This document shows, one piece after another, positions 59,566-64,000 of a stretch of 64,000 nucleotides of DNA; within the stretch, counting starts at the first letter, position 1, and every line of letters begins with the position of its first letter. The DNA lies in NCBI GenBank assembly GCA_030295235.1, contig AP026158.1, positions 248,001 through 312,000 of the forward strand, read 5' to 3'. The stretch comes from Fistulifera solaris. Its lineage: Eukaryota. Under the pieces are notes generated by a model, which saw only the letters and a program-made list of their open reading frames with translations, was not told the DNA's origin and made no database searches. The translations under genes and the position numbers were made by a program.

Positions 59566-60637
59566 ATGCATACCTTTTTGAGGCAATCCAAGGCGTTTTT
59601 CCGCCCAGCGAACTCCGAAAAGCCCAATGATGCTACTTCCACAACCATCATGATCGATAATACTCAACACGTATACATTCGAGTCAAGCTCAAACGGAGC
59701 CGGATCACAACACAATGTCGCCCTGCCGTATTGTCGGCATGCCCCGAAATTTTGAAAGATCTCGATGACGATCTCTGCGAATGTCTACGCCTATTACCCA
59801 AAAGTGTTCATCCGTTAATTCGACGTACGTGCATCTGGATTAATTCACAATATGCCGTGGGTCCCATTGATAATCCGGTTACTTTGGCACATGCGACAGC
59901 GCATCATCACCGTGCGTGGTTACTTTGGGCGAAGGATTGTCCGGATAAACAGCACGGAATTGAGATTTACAATTGCTTTTCGTACCGCCGGATGCGATGG
60001 CACTGGAATGGATGCGGATTGATACTTCATGAATTGTGTCACCTGATTCATCAATTTGCTCTCGGTCTTGATAATTCGATAATTCGACAAGTTTATCAGA
60101 AGGCAAAACTTTCGGAGAAATATGAACAGGTGCTTCGACGAGACTGGGCTGGTTTGACAATTGACTGTGATTTGGCCTACGCTGTAAGTGTAACATTTGC
60201 GCTTTATTTATTCAAGAGACTGTAAAGCTAACACTCTCATTCGTGTGCAGATGGTAGACGAACGAGAATTTTTCGCCGAACTCTCTGTGACTTATTGGAG
60301 CCATCAATACAAAACATTGGACAAAGCGAGTCACACAAAAGTTTTACAATCGAGTCCGCCTTTTTTAGAGCCGACCGTCCGGACACGCCTTGGTTTGAAA
60401 TCGCTGGAAAAGGACGAGCATGCACATCACTGCAACAAATTTTATCCTTTTACGCGTGGTCAATTTCGTCATTATGATGCGGAAACTTGCCAAGTTTTCG
60501 ACGCATTGTGGACCGAGATAGCGGGCTGGGAAGATCCGTTAATGGTGGAAAAAGATTGTTATTGTTGGTATCCATTTCAGGCCAGCGAGAAGTTAAGCGT
60601 ACTCGTCGGCCCTGTAAGCGACACGGTGGATCTCTAA
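59566..60637 (+). CDS. Zincin-type metallopeptidase (HExxH, anthrax-LF/MtfA-like motif order); intron 60184-60250
   Basis: LHELCH..H, YA, EFFAE, FYPF.R..F..YD. Confidence 0.75.
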
Positions 60638-60649
60638 ATCACGGTCCAT

Positions 60650-61893
60650 TCACTTGTTTCTCCAATCATCGCGAAAAAATACAACTTGCTCGTTGTCTAA
60701 GCTGTCGTCTCCGTAACGAACGATCGTATACCACTCGGGTGTTTCTACTGACTGCAATCGATAGTCGTACATGAGTTCCTCATTTTCAAGATGACGTCGA
60801 CTGACTAAACAAAGTCCATGCATCAAAATCGGTTCCGGCAGAAAAACTGGCTTTGCCACCCCAAGGGCCTGGCATAACTATTGGGAATGTATTTGACGAG
60901 CTGTTCCTGTGATTGGAAAGCACGCACGGTGTAATTCAACATCGCGCAATGGCAATTGGGGAAGCCTTCTGCCGGAGGGTGATTGACCATGTGGCCCAAC
61001 GCCCATGGATTCATGGATCCGTCTCGATTGAGAACAAAGACGGGTGATTTTCTACTATCAATCACGTAATCATCAAACCGCAACGATATTTGACAATCTT
61101 CGTCTCCGTCGTCGAAATGATGCACGACTTCTGGATCGCTGGTCACCAAGTGCTCTTTGCACCAAACTTCGCCTGGCTGAAATGCTATTAGCGAACCTAG
61201 TGGTACTTTTCCGTCAACAAAACAACCGCGTCTCGCTTTTGGAATGAGCGAAGGTAATATCCATAAAGAGTATCCCAATTCTTCTTTAATTTTTGCGGAG
61301 CGACAGGCGTTTATGAGTTGAAAGGAGCGGATTCGTGCCAATGTATCCTCTGACACTCCTTTTGTCAGGTCTGTTCCAAGTGCATCGAGTCCATCGATTC
61401 GTTCTGTCGGTCGTTCCTCCGGATGAAGCAGCACTTGTAGGGCATTCTTTTTTCTTTGCAAAAACTCCTCTTGTCGTCGTGTCGCGGAATCATCGGTTTG
61501 ATTTTGTACTCGAATCAATTCATTTTCTGTCACTCCTATTTCATGGTGCATTATCCTTTGTAGTTCGTGAATGTTTTGGGTATCCAACGTTGCATCGACT
61601 CGATCAAATGCTTTAAAAATAGTCATCAAGTCGGGCTCCAAACGACGCTGCACTTCTTGACGCAATTGTGCATTCGTCAGGGTTTCAAACTGGAACGAGG
61701 CAGCGGCTTCGCGGGTCGTGATTCCTTGTTGTTTCGCTTCTATTAAAAGAAGTGTCAAATACAAATAATTCCGCTCCAATAATTTTTGTGGATTCCGATG
61801 ATCGTCTCCTTGCAAAATGTCTTTTAGCATGCGCCAAAAGGGACGAAGGTGGGTGCCATGAAAGTGTCGTTTGATTATAAATGGACGCAGCAT
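60650..61893 (-). CDS. SET-domain protein (SETD9-like), possible mitochondrial presequence; frameshift near 60840
   Basis: RGCFVDG, NPWALGHMVNHPP, EELMYDY. Confidence 0.75.
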
Positions 61894-62237
61894 AGGATAA
61901 CAAAGGGAAGCAAAGTAATGATAGTCATTCAAAGTCGAACGTGAACAATGATGAAGAATCATCGCAACAATAATAATAACATGCATTAACTCGTTGTCTT
62001 CATTTTCGTCTTTTTTTTTTCGCCCTCCACCCATCACACCGACCGACAGCAAGACGTCATTTAAGCCGACGTGCGTGCGCGCGCGCGTGAACACGGATTA
62101 TATTGTGAGGAACAGGACGTGCGTGAATTTATCCGTTCCAGCAACGGTTTCATCAAGCCCTCACTCACTTCTTCGTCGTCATCAAAGCATGTTTGTGTTC
62201 CTCTCTCTCGCCCTTTACCTATAATCGCAAACAACTC

Positions 62238-63497
62238 ATGATCACTAGTGTAACGAGCAACAAAATGCGTCGAAGAAATGTATCTTACACGGCGACGGAA
62301 GAAACGAGATCACCAGAAGATCCGCAATGTCTAGTTGTCGATGTCGAGAAAAGTGTTGATTTTCAGAAAAAAACGCGTCGGAAGTCAACATCCTGGCTCC
62401 AATGGTGTTGTAGAATATCGACATATGTTCTTTTATTGAGTGTTCTTGTATGGGCGGTGTCGTGGATCCAAATACTCGTAGAAGAGTATCATTATCGTTC
62501 GATCCAACGCGTCATGGACAAACGAAAGACCGCTTGTGCGCGTCCGGCCTGGCAAAAACTGCAATTCCCCACTTGTAATCTATTGCACGAAATTGATTTA
62601 CCGCATCTCGAACAACGTCATGCGACAGGCAGTTCGCTAGGGTTCTTGGCGAATGGCTATTGGCGAGATGTTTGGGCGGTGGATTCTTCTTCTTCTTACA
62701 ACAATGAGACGGCTGTGTTGAAGATTATGCGTCTGAAGCACGACATTGATGCCCACAATTTCGATCGACACCGACGCGATGGTTTAGTGATGGAACGGTT
62801 GACTGCATCGCCGCATGTCATCGACCCGTACGGCTTTTGTGGCAACAGTGTCTTGACGGAATTTCTTTCCAAGACACTCGATAAAGTGGCCAAAGGGCTA
62901 GATCCCAGCTTGGTCAAGTACACCCGCACACGCTTGGATCGATTACAACTGGCGTTGGGTGCCGCACGAGGACTGGCGGCACTGCACGAGATTCCTGGTG
63001 GACCCATAATACACGTCGATTTGGGGGCACGGCAGTTTTTGGTGGGCGAAGATGGCAACGTTAAAATCAATGATTTCAATCGATGTCGGTTCATGGGATA
63101 TTACAAAACAACGAAACAGCCCTGCGACTTTCGAATCCAAATCGCTCCGGGAACCGATCGGGCTCCGGAAGAATACCGCGAGTTGCCATCGCAAAACGAA
63201 AAGCTGGATTTATTCTCCTTTGGGAACGTCTTGTATATCATTCTGACGGGCCGTGAACCATGGCCGTACTATTACTGGGGTTACGCCGAACCCATCATAC
63301 AACGATTGATTATCTGGGGCATCAAACCGAGTCTACCACAGCGAGTGCGACGCAGCGATCCGGAATTATCCGAACTCATGTATTTGCTCTACGCATTAAA
63401 TCCAGATGATCGCCCGAGTGCCGCCGATGTCGTTCGATCGATTGAACGAATATTGGACAAGGAAAATGTAGCCCATGCTATTAGTTTATCAAAGTAG
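62238..63497 (+). CDS. Type II membrane protein kinase (PKDCC/VLK-like)
   Basis: N-terminal TM helix, then GYWRDVW, VLK, HVDLGARQFLV, INDFNR, RAPEE, DLFSFG, RPSA. Confidence 0.8.
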   Translation: MITSVTSNKMRRRNVSYTATEETRSPEDPQCLVVDVEKSVDFQKKTRRKSTSWLQWCCRISTYVLLLSVLVWAVSWIQILVEEYHYRSIQRVMDKRKTACARPAWQKLQFPTCNLLHEIDLPHLEQRHATGSSLGFLANGYWRDVWAVDSSSSYNNETAVLKIMRLKHDIDAHNFDRHRRDGLVMERLTASPHVIDPYGFCGNSVLTEFLSKTLDKVAKGLDPSLVKYTRTRLDRLQLALGAARGLAALHEIPGGPIIHVDLGARQFLVGEDGNVKINDFNRCRFMGYYKTTKQPCDFRIQIAPGTDRAPEEYRELPSQNEKLDLFSFGNVLYIILTGREPWPYYYWGYAEPIIQRLIIWGIKPSLPQRVRRSDPELSELMYLLYALNPDDRPSAADVVRSIERILDKENVAHAISLSK

Positions 63498-63562
63498 CTG
63501 ATGTTAACATGTCAAAAAGTTTCATAAAAGAAATATTGCAGTATTGTTCGATGGTAGTATCT

Positions 63563-63949
63563 CTAAGCAGCCTTCGCGACTCCAGATGAATCGGATTGGC
63601 TTTGGAGGGCGTCTCCTGCGGCCACTCGCTCCGCAAACAATCGGGCGTTCTTGCTAAGGATGATGCTGATATCTGACAGAAGCTGGCTCTGCAGCTCGGG
63701 CTGGGTGTTTTCGTCACGAAGTCTTGATTGGAGTCGCAGCAGTTGTTGTCGAAGACAGTCACGTCGGCGGTCAAAGAGTCCTGACACTCGGCGCTCGAGG
63801 CCTCGACAAGAGTGCTGTGTGACGGTTAAGGTCAGATTCTTGATTTCTTTGTCATCAACCGATTCCCCGGATACAAACAAGGTCTCGACAGCCTGGACAT
63901 ATGAACTATGGATGTTCCTGCAAGATGCAACTTCCGTTTGTGTATGCAT
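63563..63949 (-). CDS. Hypothetical protein of a diatom-type RGLE-motif family
   Basis: CRGLER..RR......LL..Q......S..AR.FA...A.GDA pattern. Start uncertain. Confidence 0.55.
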   Translation of the reverse strand: MHTQTEVASCRNIHSSYVQAVETLFVSGESVDDKEIKNLTLTVTQHSCRGLERRVSGLFDRRRDCLRQQLLRLQSRLRDENTQPELQSQLLSDISIILSKNARLFAERVAAGDALQSQSDSSGVAKAA

Positions 63950-64000
63950 GAACTTTCTTCTCCTTTCATTTTGTGTGTAGAAGAGCGAGCCAGTGGACGT

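Noticed and set aside
1540..61893. Frameshifts in about 20 genes as programmed frameshifting or mass pseudogenisation
   Set aside because: They mostly sit in homopolymer runs, hit essential genes (RPL22, eIF2B-alpha, MVK, thrC) and are not accompanied by nonsense decay. This is typical long-read indel error; short-read polishing would confirm.

Overview
This is a gene-dense eukaryotic nuclear window, almost certainly from a diatom. Evidence: short GT-AG introns, three silicanin (Sin1)-family genes with RxL propeptides, and bipartite signal+F plastid presequences. It holds about 40 protein genes and one tRNA-Ala(AGC). Many genes, including essential ones, carry 1-nt frameshifts, mostly at homopolymers, which points to unpolished long-read assembly error. 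The most notable region is 43.7-56.5 kb. It contains a bacterial AztD-like (zinc metallochaperone-type) gene apparently recast as a secreted, His-tagged, GPI-anchored surface protein. That gene is preceded by recent and older duplicated fragments of itself, carries a candidate metal/iron-responsive promoter motif, and is flanked by two atypical CDF metal transporters. Other highlights: a silicanin cluster with a head-to-head pair, a hairpin in the RPL22 intron, a catalytically dead trypsin with a Lys/Ser-rich tail, and a lumen-facing PKDCC-like kinase. All family assignments come from motif recognition by eye, not database searches.
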